Assembly (NCBI GenBank): GCA_028279705.1
Contig: JANQNF010000024.1
Coordinates: 269,011-333,010 of the forward strand
Origin: an archaeon
GTDB taxonomy: Archaea > Aenigmatarchaeota > Aenigmatarchaeia > QMZP01 > JAFGSV01
Direction: 5' to 3'
DNA: 64,000 nt
The position numbers were made by a program, and so were the translations under genes. Below, piece after piece: positions 8,013 through 17,097 of the stretch; position 1 is the stretch's first letter, and each line of letters starts with the position of its first letter. The notes below the pieces were generated by a model. That model searched no databases. It was not told the DNA's origin and saw only the letters and a list, made by a program, of their open reading frames with translations.

Positions 8013-8825
8013 ATGCACAGTAAAATGATTTTATCTGGTAATGGAATGTATGGTAACGGAAAATCCAAAAATGAAATATATAATGCTGGTACGGAGGCTC
8101 TTAAGTGCATAACACAAAACGGTTACAATACCATAGTCCTCGGTCCATGGACTAATCCGGTCTTCAAGGCTTTTATCAGGAACGAGAAAGAGTTTAATAA
8201 AAAATTAAAAGTATGCTTTGCGTCGAATTCGGTTGAAAAATATGCAGATGGCTTTTGTGGAAAAATATCCGATGATGAAATTTACGAAAAAGTCAGCTTG
8301 GACGACCTCGGCGATTCTCACATCTACATAACAACAGCGGATCTTATGGAATTTCCGATAAATGCCATGATAAGGGGTCTAAAACGCAATCCCGGGGGCA
8401 CTGACGAACTTTCACTGAAAGATGATAATGAATATACCGAGCAATTCAAGACAATTGTCGTTGCACGCGGTGGGCAGTTTGGTATGAGAAATTATCTTCA
8501 TGGTAAAGACTCGACAATAGCGGTAGAAATCGGCAAGGATCGTGCAAACAAGATCAATAAAGAAATCAAAAAACGCTTCAGACTGAAAACAGAGCCAAAT
8601 CTCAGAGTCCACAATGGCGACATTTTCATCAACAGCGAAGGGAACTACATTTCCGACGTTCCTGTAAGTCACATGAATTACCATACTTCTGAAATCATGA
8701 AATTCAATGACATTGCTCTTGGGATTGATGGAGTCGTTGCCACAGGAATTGTCCCTGGTGAACACGTAGACGCCTTTTATACCGGAATAGGCAACCACGT
8801 ACAACTCATGAAGGAACTCGTGTGA
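8013..8825 (+). CDS. Divergent ribose-5-phosphate isomerase A-like protein
   Basis: Alignable landmarks (TIVLGPWT, IYITTAD, IAVEI, FINSEGNYISD, IDGVVATGIV), but the canonical GTGST, DGADE and KGGGG motifs are absent. Confidence 0.55.
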   Translation: MHSKMILSGNGMYGNGKSKNEIYNAGTEALKCITQNGYNTIVLGPWTNPVFKAFIRNEKEFNKKLKVCFASNSVEKYADGFCGKISDDEIYEKVSLDDLGDSHIYITTADLMEFPINAMIRGLKRNPGGTDELSLKDDNEYTEQFKTIVVARGGQFGMRNYLHGKDSTIAVEIGKDRANKINKEIKKRFRLKTEPNLRVHNGDIFINSEGNYISDVPVSHMNYHTSEIMKFNDIALGIDGVVATGIVPGEHVDAFYTGIGNHVQLMKELV

Positions 8826-8866
8826 CATGGTGTCTCTTTAAAAGCCGCCTGTTCATCTAATCTAAC

Positions 8867-9682
8867 ATGAATGTAAACAACAGTGTATGTCTCGTAGGTT
8901 GCGGCTCCATAGGAACGATCATAGCCGAATATCTGGACAGCGACAGCGCTTTTGATCTTTCTTATCTTCTCGACAGCGACGCTTCCGCTGCCAAGAAACT
9001 TTCTGGAAAGCTGAAGTCCGGGCCAATAATCATACGTGAATTAGCTGAGATGGACGACGTGGACCTCGTCATAGAGGCAGCTTCACAGGACTTTGTAAGG
9101 CAGAACGGTAAGGCTGTTCTCGGGAAATCGGACATCATGGTACTGAGTGTCGGTGCACTAGCTGATGAGAAGCTTCTTGGGGACATGAAAAAGACCGCAG
9201 AAGAAAATGGAAAGAGTATCTACATACCATCAGGCGCCATACCGGGACTGGACGGCATAAAGGCGGCGTCCATTGAAGGGCTAGAAAATGTGCTTCTCAC
9301 TACCAGGAAGCCTCCGGAAAGCTTTGAGGATTCTTCATATGTTAAAAAGAAAGGCATTGAAATAAAGTCCATAAAAGAACCCATGACCATTTTCGAGGGC
9401 AGCGCAGAGGAGGCTGCTTTGATGTTTCCAAGGAACGTCAACGTCTCAATAGCACTCTCGCTTGCCGGCATTGGTGCTGAGAAGACAAGAGTCAGGGTAA
9501 TAGCTGACCCTTCTGTTGAGAGGAACGTCCATGAAATAGAGGCGAATGGAGATTTCGGCAAAATGGAGCTGCGTACAGAAAATCTGCCTTCTCCGAAAAA
9601 CCCAAGAACTTCTTACCTTGCTGCCCTTTCGGCAATAGCGATGCTGAAGGGAATGACCGGCAGCATCCAGGTAGGAACTTAA
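8867..9682 (+). CDS. nadX: L-aspartate dehydrogenase
   Basis: GCGSIG, VIEAAS, LSVGAL, PSGAIPGLD, FPRNVNV, PSPKNPRTSYLAALS. Confidence 0.93.
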   Translation: MNVNNSVCLVGCGSIGTIIAEYLDSDSAFDLSYLLDSDASAAKKLSGKLKSGPIIIRELAEMDDVDLVIEAASQDFVRQNGKAVLGKSDIMVLSVGALADEKLLGDMKKTAEENGKSIYIPSGAIPGLDGIKAASIEGLENVLLTTRKPPESFEDSSYVKKKGIEIKSIKEPMTIFEGSAEEAALMFPRNVNVSIALSLAGIGAEKTRVRVIADPSVERNVHEIEANGDFGKMELRTENLPSPKNPRTSYLAALSAIAMLKGMTGSIQVGT

Positions 9683-9704
9683 ATCACGGACTGCTTTTTG
9701 TTAC

Positions 9705-10322
9705 ATGGACATAGAATTCATAGTCAGTGAGATGCGCAAGAAAGTCGGTGGCAAGGCAATAGTGTGGAACGAAGACCCTTTCTGCGTACTCATTTCCACG
9801 GTTCTTTCCCAGCGGACCAAGGACGAGAACACAAAGAAGGCGTCTGACAGACTGTTCTCGGTTTACAAGACACCGTGGGAAATAGCAAATGCTCCCAATG
9901 AAAAGCTTGAGGAACTGGTAAGGCCAAGCGGTTTCTACAAGGTCAAGGCCGAGAGGATAAAGACGATATCAAAGCAGCTCATCGATAAGTTCAGTGGGAA
10001 GGTTCCAAGGAAGCGCGAGGACATGATGCAGCTGGAAGGTGTCGGGCCCAAGACTGCAGGCTGCGTCCAGGTGTACGGGTTCGACGACGACGCGCTGCCT
10101 GTTGACACTCACGTTCACCGTATTTCCAACAGACTGGGACTTGTGAACACGAAGACTCCGGAAGAAACCGAACCCGTCCTAAAGGAATCCATTCCGAGAA
10201 AGCACTGGAAGGAAATAAACCTTCTCATGGTAAGGTACGGGCAGAATGTCTGCCTGCCGAGGAATCCCAGATGCACTATTTGCGGGCTGAAGAAAGTATG
10301 CGGATACTATAACTCAGGATGA
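9705..10322 (+). CDS. nth: Endonuclease III
   Basis: LSQRTKD, HhH LEGVGPKTA, PVDTHVHRISNRLG, C-terminal C-X6-C-X2-C-X5-C cluster. Confidence 0.95.
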   Translation: MDIEFIVSEMRKKVGGKAIVWNEDPFCVLISTVLSQRTKDENTKKASDRLFSVYKTPWEIANAPNEKLEELVRPSGFYKVKAERIKTISKQLIDKFSGKVPRKREDMMQLEGVGPKTAGCVQVYGFDDDALPVDTHVHRISNRLGLVNTKTPEETEPVLKESIPRKHWKEINLLMVRYGQNVCLPRNPRCTICGLKKVCGYYNSG

Positions 10323-10872
10323 ATATCGACATGGATGTTGATGACACCATTTCTATTACCGCGTTCATTCCAAACGGCCTCGGTGCGAAGAAGAACGGGA
10401 AACTTATTGCAGAAATCACACCGAGGACGAAAACCGCTAGGCCGAGTTTTCTTTCTTCTGTTTTCCGCATGACGTTTCCAATGAGGACTAGTGTAATAGT
10501 GGAGAATACGAAGAAAAGGAATGACGCAAGCGTATGCGGCATGCCGGCATCCACTGGGAATATTCCCACAAAGCACAGGAAGAACGTTGTCAGGAACAAT
10601 GTAGCAAGGCCGTACTCGCTTTCCTCTCCACTGAATATTCCTGATTTTCTTATTCCAAGCGAAAACACGACTCCCAGTGCTCCCCCCATTATCAGTCCGT
10701 TGTTGAAGATTGGTGCGGACGGCAGCGTGGTCCTTCCAAGATCGGAAAGCCAGCTTCCCGTCCACGTGAACCACGGTGACAGTGATATCGCGATGAATAT
10801 GGACGACAATGACACGACGGCTGCAATAATGCCGCATATTGCAGCGATATTCAGTGGTATTGGGTTTTTCAT
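10276..10872 (-). CDS. DUF998-like membrane protein
   Basis: SPWFTW..SWLSDLG, FNNGLI, GIFP...H motifs; multiple TM helices. Confidence 0.75.
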   Translation of the reverse strand: MKNPIPLNIAAICGIIAAVVSLSSIFIAISLSPWFTWTGSWLSDLGRTTLPSAPIFNNGLIMGGALGVVFSLGIRKSGIFSGEESEYGLATLFLTTFFLCFVGIFPVDAGMPHTLASFLFFVFSTITLVLIGNVMRKTEERKLGLAVFVLGVISAISFPFFFAPRPFGMNAVIEMVSSTSMSIFILSYSIRILSSARK

Positions 10873-11111
10873 TTAGAACCCTTCTTCTGCGCTTTTATGC
10901 GCTTCTTTTCGAGCTTCAACCGCTTCTTCTCGAGATCATAGTCTATTTCATCTTTGGATTTCTGAGGCTTCTCTTCCACAGGCTTTTCGGCAGGCTTCTT
11001 CTTATGCAGCCTTGCGATGACGAGCTTGCTTAAGTATTTACCAAAATATCCAATGAAGCCTGCGATGAAAATGACCAATATCCATTTTGCCGCTTCCACT
11101 GGTTCTATCAT
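10869..11111 (-). CDS. Small membrane-anchored hypothetical protein
   Basis: One TM (FIAGFIGYFGK) plus a Lys-rich tail; 4-nt overlap with the next gene. Confidence 0.7.
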   Translation of the reverse strand: MIEPVEAAKWILVIFIAGFIGYFGKYLSKLVIARLHKKKPAEKPVEEKPQKSKDEIDYDLEKKRLKLEKKRIKAQKKGSK

Positions 11112-11150
11112 AGAAATAATATGGAAAAGATAAAATAAAAGAATGAAGGC

Positions 11151-11597
11151 TCACGCCTTCACCACAAGGGTCTTTGCCGCCATGTCACCAACTCTCTGCT
11201 TCTTCTCGCTTGCAAGCACCACGATGAGCCCGACGATGTACATCCCGATGCCATCGATCATTCTCAGTATGGTTCTTACGAGGGCGTCCATGTATGTCAC
11301 CTGCTTGCCGTTCTCCTTGACGACTTTTATGTTCACCATTCTTTTACCTATCGTCTGTCCTGTCGTGCCCTCGAAGTATGTGAAATATCCAAGTCCTATC
11401 AGTAGAGACAGTACTGTGAAGAGCATCGAAGAGCCAGCGAGGCCGGCAGCAGCCGCGGGGTTCGTGTAGTTTGTCATGTTCATCATCATAGCCTGCATAC
11501 CAAGCGGTAGTGACAATACGACCATGACGATTGCAAGTATTATGGTGTCAACTATGATGGCAACGACCCTGTTTATTACGTCAGCATTTTCGGCCAT
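11151..11597 (-). CDS. RDD family protein
   Basis: R.VAIIVD, YF..FEG..GQTIGK, QRVGDMAAKTLVV; SD GGAGGT before ATG 11597. Confidence 0.92.
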   Translation of the reverse strand: MAENADVINRVVAIIVDTIILAIVMVVLSLPLGMQAMMMNMTNYTNPAAAAGLAGSSMLFTVLSLLIGLGYFTYFEGTTGQTIGKRMVNIKVVKENGKQVTYMDALVRTILRMIDGIGMYIVGLIVVLASEKKQRVGDMAAKTLVVKA

Positions 11598-11663
11598 AGA
11601 ATACCTCCACTTTTTAATTGGAGTCCTTCTAATAAATAACAAGTCATAAAGAGAGGTGTACAT

Positions 11664-12290
11664 ATGGTCAGAAGCGTACATGGTTATGCAAAAGCCACGG
11701 TCGTACTGCTCGTGGCAAATTTCATAATGTTCATACTACAAATAGTCGTGGCTCCGTTCACGGAACTGGTAGCACTCACGCCCACGATGGCGTTCTCGGG
11801 CTACTACTGGCAGTTCTTCACCTACATGTTCGCCCACGGTGGAATAACCCATCTAGGACTCAACATGCTTGCACTCTTCATGTTCGGCGGCGTGATGGAG
11901 AGGACTCTTGGGACCGGCAGGTTCCTGGCACTCTATTTCATCTCCGGCATTTTCTCAGGGATGTTCCACCTGGCGCTGACTGGAATTTCAGACATCCCGC
12001 TTCTTGGCGCAAGTGGTGCAGTGTTTGCCGTTCTTGCAGCATATGCGTTCAAGTTCCCAAGAAACATCATATTCGTCTTCCCGGGCATCCCTGTACCGTC
12101 AGCGCTTCTTGTAGCATTCTTTGTCATTTTCGAGCTGTTTTCAGGCATTTTCGGCCTCCAGGAAGGAATTGCAAACTTCGGGCATCTCGGCGGTATAATA
12201 TCGGGACTTGCGCTCATGTATTACTGGAAGAGGACGGAAAAGGCAGGGCCGGAGCCGGAGACTGTCGAATGGGTATGGGAGAGCTGGTGA
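11664..12290 (+). CDS. Rhomboid intramembrane serine protease
   Basis: WQFFTYMFAHGG..HL..NM, GASGAV, ANFGHLGG. Confidence 0.95.
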   Translation: MVRSVHGYAKATVVLLVANFIMFILQIVVAPFTELVALTPTMAFSGYYWQFFTYMFAHGGITHLGLNMLALFMFGGVMERTLGTGRFLALYFISGIFSGMFHLALTGISDIPLLGASGAVFAVLAAYAFKFPRNIIFVFPGIPVPSALLVAFFVIFELFSGIFGLQEGIANFGHLGGIISGLALMYYWKRTEKAGPEPETVEWVWESW

Positions 12291-12294
12291 TTGC

Positions 12295-12843
12295 ATGAGA
12301 GTCTATTTCGTGACAGGCAACTCGATGAAGTTCAACGAGGCAAAGTCCATACTTTCCGGACATGGTGTGGAAGTCGTTCAGAAGAAGCTTGATATAGACG
12401 AGGTTCAGGACAAAGATCCGGCAAAGGTGTCCAGGCTGAAGGCAAAGCTCGCATACAATGTCCTGAAAGAGCCGCTTTTAGTGGAAGACACCGGACTTTG
12501 TATAGAGTCCATGAACGGCTATCCCGGGACCTTGGTGAAGCACTTTTTCAGCGCAATGGGCCCGCAGGGACTCGTTCGATACCTTGACGGCAAGGACAGG
12601 ACTGCAGATGCCGTCACCGTTGTTTCATACTGCGACTCCGAAGGCAATGTCACGAGCTTTGAAGGAAGGACGAGCGGCAGGATAAGCGAGACCGTCAAGG
12701 CAGGCTATGACTTCGCATGGGACGTCATCTTCGTCCCAAACGGCTACGAAAAGACGTACTCTGAGCTTGGGATGAAAGAAAAAAACGAGATATCGCAGCG
12801 AAGCAAGGCTGTCAGGAAGTTCGCCGAATGGATTAAACAGTAA
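12295..12843 (+). CDS. Non-canonical purine NTP pyrophosphatase (Ham1/RdgB)
   Basis: FVTGN..KFNE, VEDTGL, GYPG, FAWDVIF.P, KNEISQRSKA. Confidence 0.93.
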   Translation: MRVYFVTGNSMKFNEAKSILSGHGVEVVQKKLDIDEVQDKDPAKVSRLKAKLAYNVLKEPLLVEDTGLCIESMNGYPGTLVKHFFSAMGPQGLVRYLDGKDRTADAVTVVSYCDSEGNVTSFEGRTSGRISETVKAGYDFAWDVIFVPNGYEKTYSELGMKEKNEISQRSKAVRKFAEWIKQ

Positions 12844-12880
12844 GAAAAGAATAACAAGAACCTAAACTGGAACTTGCTGG

Positions 12881-13348
12881 CTAACAGAATCGCTCTTCTA
12901 AAACAGTGTCATAATCCTTGTGTCCGATTCCTATACTGCGTGCACCCGGAATAGAGGAAGTCATGAAAGGGTCCAGCCTTTTCGCAAACCATTCGGACCT
13001 TTTCTTCAGTCTCACGATTTCTCTCTTTGTCATGTTTTTGGGGAGATCTCTACGACCTAAATATGAATTTCCATCTATCATTTCGAAGATTTCCGATGCT
13101 ATGGGATCACTCTTGTCATTTTTCATTTCTTTCTCCATGTATCTTAGTGCACTCCTCCTTGTCCAGAATCTTTTCGTCTTTTCATTAACGGATGGTAGAA
13201 TTTCAGGATTTTCAGGATTTGAATAGTAAGATAACACGTGATACAACGGGTATTTCAATGATTCATACTTTACACACCTTCCCAGACTGGTTTTCTCTGA
13301 CCCTATATACAAGTCCACGTGCTTTTTCTCGTCCATAACAATCGACAT
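12881..13348 (-). CDS. Hypothetical protein (AT-rich ORFan)
   Basis: 155-aa ORF; no motif recognised. Confidence 0.55.
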   Translation of the reverse strand: MSIVMDEKKHVDLYIGSEKTSLGRCVKYESLKYPLYHVLSYYSNPENPEILPSVNEKTKRFWTRRSALRYMEKEMKNDKSDPIASEIFEMIDGNSYLGRRDLPKNMTKREIVRLKKRSEWFAKRLDPFMTSSIPGARSIGIGHKDYDTVLEERFC

Positions 13349-13457
13349 CGCAGCTAGTTTTAAAAACCCGTTTCATTACTGCAAGATCACACTTTAAAAT
13401 TTTTCAGTGACAGCTCAATCATTTGCCGTTTTTATTCCTTTCCCCTAAAAGTAATTA

Positions 13458-14021
13458 ATGGGCAGTGATACAGAATCTCTCGTAAATGATTTTGTCTACG
13501 GCGGCAAGAAAGCCAAGGATTTGTCACTATTGGGACTTTCACTGATGGGTGACAGGGGAGCCGATGCCCTCATAGGGATAATCAAAGATGACAGGGTTTG
13601 CAAGAAGCGATGGTTTTTAGGTGCATTGGTCAATGGCAAGTACAAGGAAACCCCACTAGGAAAGCTTCACGCTGAGAAGATAATCACGAACCTTGCTTCT
13701 ACAGAAAGTCTCACTGCGCTTGAGTACCTTCAAAATTCCATCAGTACACTTGAGGCCGGGGAACCCCGCATATGGGAGGGCGATTACACCGGACCCAGCT
13801 ATTCCGAGATCCCGCTTCGCACTGTGGAGACCACACCTTACGTTTTCACTTCAGCTGACAGTGCCCTTTCCAGGTTCCTGGACTATGAATGTGAAGCTGA
13901 TTCAAAGCTTGAAAGTAACGAAAAGGACTCCGAATACGTCAAGCATTCCAATACTTATGATGAAGATTTCCATGGACTAATCTTCGATTCGATATCCAGG
14001 CTCAGGGATTCACTCGAATAA
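13458..14021 (+). CDS. Hypothetical protein
   Basis: 187-aa ORF; possible HEAT-like helices near the N-terminus. Confidence 0.55.
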   Translation: MGSDTESLVNDFVYGGKKAKDLSLLGLSLMGDRGADALIGIIKDDRVCKKRWFLGALVNGKYKETPLGKLHAEKIITNLASTESLTALEYLQNSISTLEAGEPRIWEGDYTGPSYSEIPLRTVETTPYVFTSADSALSRFLDYECEADSKLESNEKDSEYVKHSNTYDEDFHGLIFDSISRLRDSLE

Positions 14022-14045
14022 AAGTGGATTATAATATCAACGCTT

Positions 14046-14618
14046 TCATTCTTTCTTCTCTTCAGACCCTTCAGGAGGCTTTTCCTCGGCGGGAGCTTCC
14101 TCTTTCTGTTCTTCAGCAGACTCCTCTTCTTGCTTTTTCTTTTCCTGTTCTATTTCATAGTTCTTGTCCTTTTTTGCCTCGGATTTCTCAAGCTGCTGCA
14201 GTTCGTCAGTTATGCTTTTTCCGTCCTCGCCTTCTTTCTTCTCTTCCTTTGCGCCTGCAAAGACCTTCTCAAGCTTTTCCTTACCTTCCTTGACGACTTT
14301 GGCGTTCACCTGTGCAAGTTCGTCTGAGACGGTGTTTCCCCTGATGGACTTTCTCTTCCTCTGGCCTTCAAGCCTTGGGTGGAATCCCGGCGTGCCTGAG
14401 AGGAGGACCTTCTTTCTCCCACTTCCGTTTACGTCCTTTCTCATGGGAAAGCCGTCCTTGTCGGAACCTCCGGTCACTTCAAGCTCGTATCCTTCAAGAC
14501 CTGCAACGCTTCCTGAGAACTTCTCGCCTATCTTCTTTCCGTTTATGCCCTCTCCAGAGACTTCCTTCTGGTAGGACTTCCTAGTCTTTGGGTCTGATAT
14601 AACCAATTTGTATGCCAT
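14046..14618 (-). CDS. rps6e: 30S ribosomal protein S6e with acidic C-terminal extension
   Basis: YKLVISDPKT, GYELEVTGGSDKDGFPMRKD, GQRKRKSIRGN; SD GAGGTGA. Confidence 0.96.
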   Translation of the reverse strand: MAYKLVISDPKTRKSYQKEVSGEGINGKKIGEKFSGSVAGLEGYELEVTGGSDKDGFPMRKDVNGSGRKKVLLSGTPGFHPRLEGQRKRKSIRGNTVSDELAQVNAKVVKEGKEKLEKVFAGAKEEKKEGEDGKSITDELQQLEKSEAKKDKNYEIEQEKKKQEEESAEEQKEEAPAEEKPPEGSEEKKE

Positions 14619-14631
14619 ATTTTCACCTCTT

Positions 14632-14673
14632 CCCAGATTGCGGAGCGGCTTTTTCGTCCGACTCATCTCCGGG
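14632..14673 (-). promoter_or_regulatory. Structured 5' leader of rps6e
   Basis: CCCGGA/TCTGGG outer stem and GAG-T-CGG/CCG-CTC inner stem, between TATA TTTAAA (14702-14707) and the SD. Confidence 0.45.
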
Positions 14674-14715
14674 TTGATAAGAAACTTATAGTCGGGCAAC
14701 GTTTAAATAGTTACC

Positions 14716-15543
14716 CTATATGTACGAAATCTCAAGCCACTTGTGCACAATCTTCTGCGGCTCGCTGAAGTAGAACTTGAAAAGGCACGTCAGGTCGTCT
14801 CTCTGCTGCGGGTTCTTCTTTTCTATGTTGAAGTGGAAGGATGCCATCTCGTCGTAGGCGAGCGCACTTATGTCCCTTCCGAAGACACCTGTCTTCTTTT
14901 CGTAGAAGTTGGTGTATATCAGATAGTGCGAATCCTCGAGCTTGTTTATCTTCTCGTCCACGTCGTCACTCACGTTGTACAGTTCGGAGTCTATGCTGTC
15001 CAGGTTTGAATGCTGGGTCGAGTTACACTTGAACGTGTATTTTATGTTCTCCATCCCGTGGAGGCCGGCAGTTATGTTCAGGTAGAAGAATCTTTCCTCA
15101 GTCTCTGACGAGCCTGTGTGTATGAAGACGAACTTTTCACCGTCCATGTAATCAGGAGTCTCGGAGTACTTGAACTTGGTTAACTTCAGTACAGTGCAGT
15201 CCTCAGAGCACACGTTTTCAACATCCTCGCTTGGATCGCATACCCCGTTGCCGCAGCACGGATACGTCAAGTTGTTGACACATTTGAAGTCCGTTGCGCC
15301 CGAACACATGTCGTCTGTGCACGGGTTTCCATCATCGCACGTATCAGGACATCCCGCATCGTCCATGTCGCAGACACCGTTGTCGTTAGCGTCGTAGCAG
15401 CATATACCTCCTATGATTATCTTTGGCTGGAGACATTGCCCGCCTGTCGGCTCTGTCGCTTCAGGGACTGTTTCGCCGATGCAGCCGCTCACAATGACCA
15501 CTGCCAGAAAAATCCCGATAAGGTACACTGATTTCGCTTCCAT
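14716..15543 (-). CDS. Cys-rich lipoprotein
   Basis: Lipobox-like IVSGC; CCYDANDNGVCD, CDDGNPCTDDMC, CCGNGVCD modules. Confidence 0.8.
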   Translation of the reverse strand: MEAKSVYLIGIFLAVVIVSGCIGETVPEATEPTGGQCLQPKIIIGGICCYDANDNGVCDMDDAGCPDTCDDGNPCTDDMCSGATDFKCVNNLTYPCCGNGVCDPSEDVENVCSEDCTVLKLTKFKYSETPDYMDGEKFVFIHTGSSETEERFFYLNITAGLHGMENIKYTFKCNSTQHSNLDSIDSELYNVSDDVDEKINKLEDSHYLIYTNFYEKKTGVFGRDISALAYDEMASFHFNIEKKNPQQRDDLTCLFKFYFSEPQKIVHKWLEISYI

Positions 15544-15614
15544 TAGTTAAGAATTGTCAGAACTAGAATAAAAATATATTACTCTTTATAATACTTTCTG
15601 CCAAAGCAAAGTGT

Positions 15615-15830
15615 ATGAAAGGCATGATTCTTGCCACGGTAGTCATACTCGTAGGCCTGACTTTACTTATGTCAGGAACCCAGACGATGACTGGATACTA
15701 CGCAGAGCCGTCAGGGTACGGATTTTACCATATATGGACTGCAAACCTCTACATAGCGGTCTCGCTTACACTAATGGGACTCGTTTCGATGTTTTTCGTA
15801 GTCAAGAAACTCGACAGGTTCTTTTTCTGA
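15615..15830 (+). CDS. Small two-TM hypothetical protein
   Basis: 71 aa with two hydrophobic segments. Confidence 0.6.
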   Translation: MKGMILATVVILVGLTLLMSGTQTMTGYYAEPSGYGFYHIWTANLYIAVSLTLMGLVSMFFVVKKLDRFFF

Positions 15831-15831
15831 G

Positions 15832-17088
15832 TTACCTGTACTTCTTCTTCCTCGCGTAAGAACTCAGCCCGTCTTCCTCGATTTCATCCACGCCGTACCT
15901 GCTCTTGCTGTCACCGTACCTGTCGGGTTCATGATCTTCTTTCTGAACTTCGGGTTTCACGGATGCTTGTTCCATTATGTCGAATTTCTTGGAATCCTCT
16001 CTAGATGTCGCGCTTTCAACGATCTTCACGTTCCCTTGCGACATGGAACTTGTAAGGAACTTCCAAATAACTTTTCCTTCTGGTGAGAGGCAGTAGAGGT
16101 TGCAGTCCAGTGAACCGAATATCACCGCCCCGCCAGCTTCGACAACGGACGATATTATGGCACCACGGGTCCTGAACTTCCAGTTGAGCTTTCCGGTTTT
16201 CATGTCGACTGAATAGAAGTTCTCATCACACGAGCCGAAGTAAACTGACCCGTCCTTTACAAGCGGCGTGCAATGTACCATTCCCTGCGTGCGAAACTTC
16301 CAGATAAGCTCGCCGTTCTCACTGACCGCATAAAGGTTCTTGTCCCTGGAACCGAAGTAAAGAACACCATCTGAAATGGTTATCCATTTCCATGTCTTGG
16401 CACCATGCATCTTAAACTTCCAGATAAGTTTTCCCGTTTCCCTGTCCACTTTGTAGACGTTGTGATCAAATGAGCCGAAATAGATGTATTTACCTGACAC
16501 CGTCCCGGAATATGCAAGTCCCTTCGTATTGAATTTCCATGCAAGGCTTCCGTCGTGGTTTACCGCATAGAAGATGAAATCCCATGAACCTATGTAGACC
16601 CTTTTTTCATCGACTGTCGCGTCCAGGTCTATGCAGTCGTTAGTCTTGAACTTCCACACGAGTTTTCCAGACATATCAACAGCATAGATGTGGTGGTCCA
16701 TTGAACCGAAGTAAACCACGCCGTTGATGGCTGCCGGCCTCGAGCGCACGACACCGTCTGTCCGAAACTTCCAGATAAGCTTCCCATCCAGCGAAAGGCA
16801 GTAGAGGTGCTTGTCAGTCGAACCAACGAATATACGGTTTTCATAGATTATGGGTGAATATATTATGTCTTCTGCGCGAAACTTCCATAGCTCCTGCCCG
16901 GTTCTAGTGTCAACAGCATAAATGTAATGGTCATTGCAGCCGAAATAAACGATGTCGTTTCTGATGAATGGACAAGCTATTATACTTCCCCCTTCCCCCA
17001 CCTCGAATATATCGTCTTCCTCATTCCCAGATTCCAATAATGCCATATTCCTGGCATCACCAAAAGATGCGTTTTCCACGCTTGTCAC
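15832..17088 (-). CDS. PQQ-like (BamB-type) beta-propeller repeat protein
   Basis: About eight repeats of VYFGS.D...YAV...G.L.WKF.T. Confidence 0.9.
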   Translation of the reverse strand: MTSVENASFGDARNMALLESGNEEDDIFEVGEGGSIIACPFIRNDIVYFGCNDHYIYAVDTRTGQELWKFRAEDIIYSPIIYENRIFVGSTDKHLYCLSLDGKLIWKFRTDGVVRSRPAAINGVVYFGSMDHHIYAVDMSGKLVWKFKTNDCIDLDATVDEKRVYIGSWDFIFYAVNHDGSLAWKFNTKGLAYSGTVSGKYIYFGSFDHNVYKVDRETGKLIWKFKMHGAKTWKWITISDGVLYFGSRDKNLYAVSENGELIWKFRTQGMVHCTPLVKDGSVYFGSCDENFYSVDMKTGKLNWKFRTRGAIISSVVEAGGAVIFGSLDCNLYCLSPEGKVIWKFLTSSMSQGNVKIVESATSREDSKKFDIMEQASVKPEVQKEDHEPDRYGDSKSRYGVDEIEEDGLSSYARKKKYR

Positions 17089-17097
17089 AAAAATCCC

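Noticed and set aside
14046-14260. E/K-rich low-complexity tail on S6e
   Set aside because: Charged tails on archaeal r-proteins are common and it has no repeat structure or domain.
14648-14670. Hammerhead-like GATGA-GTC-G-GAC-GAAA in the rps6e leader
   Set aside because: The core reads GAGATGA rather than CTGATGA, stem II would have a 1-nt loop, and no stem III/NUH is present.
15832-17088. Regularly spaced near-repeats (e.g. AACTTCCAGATAAG) that could suggest a CRISPR array
   Set aside because: They are codon-level echoes of the LIWKF beta-propeller repeats inside an intact ORF.
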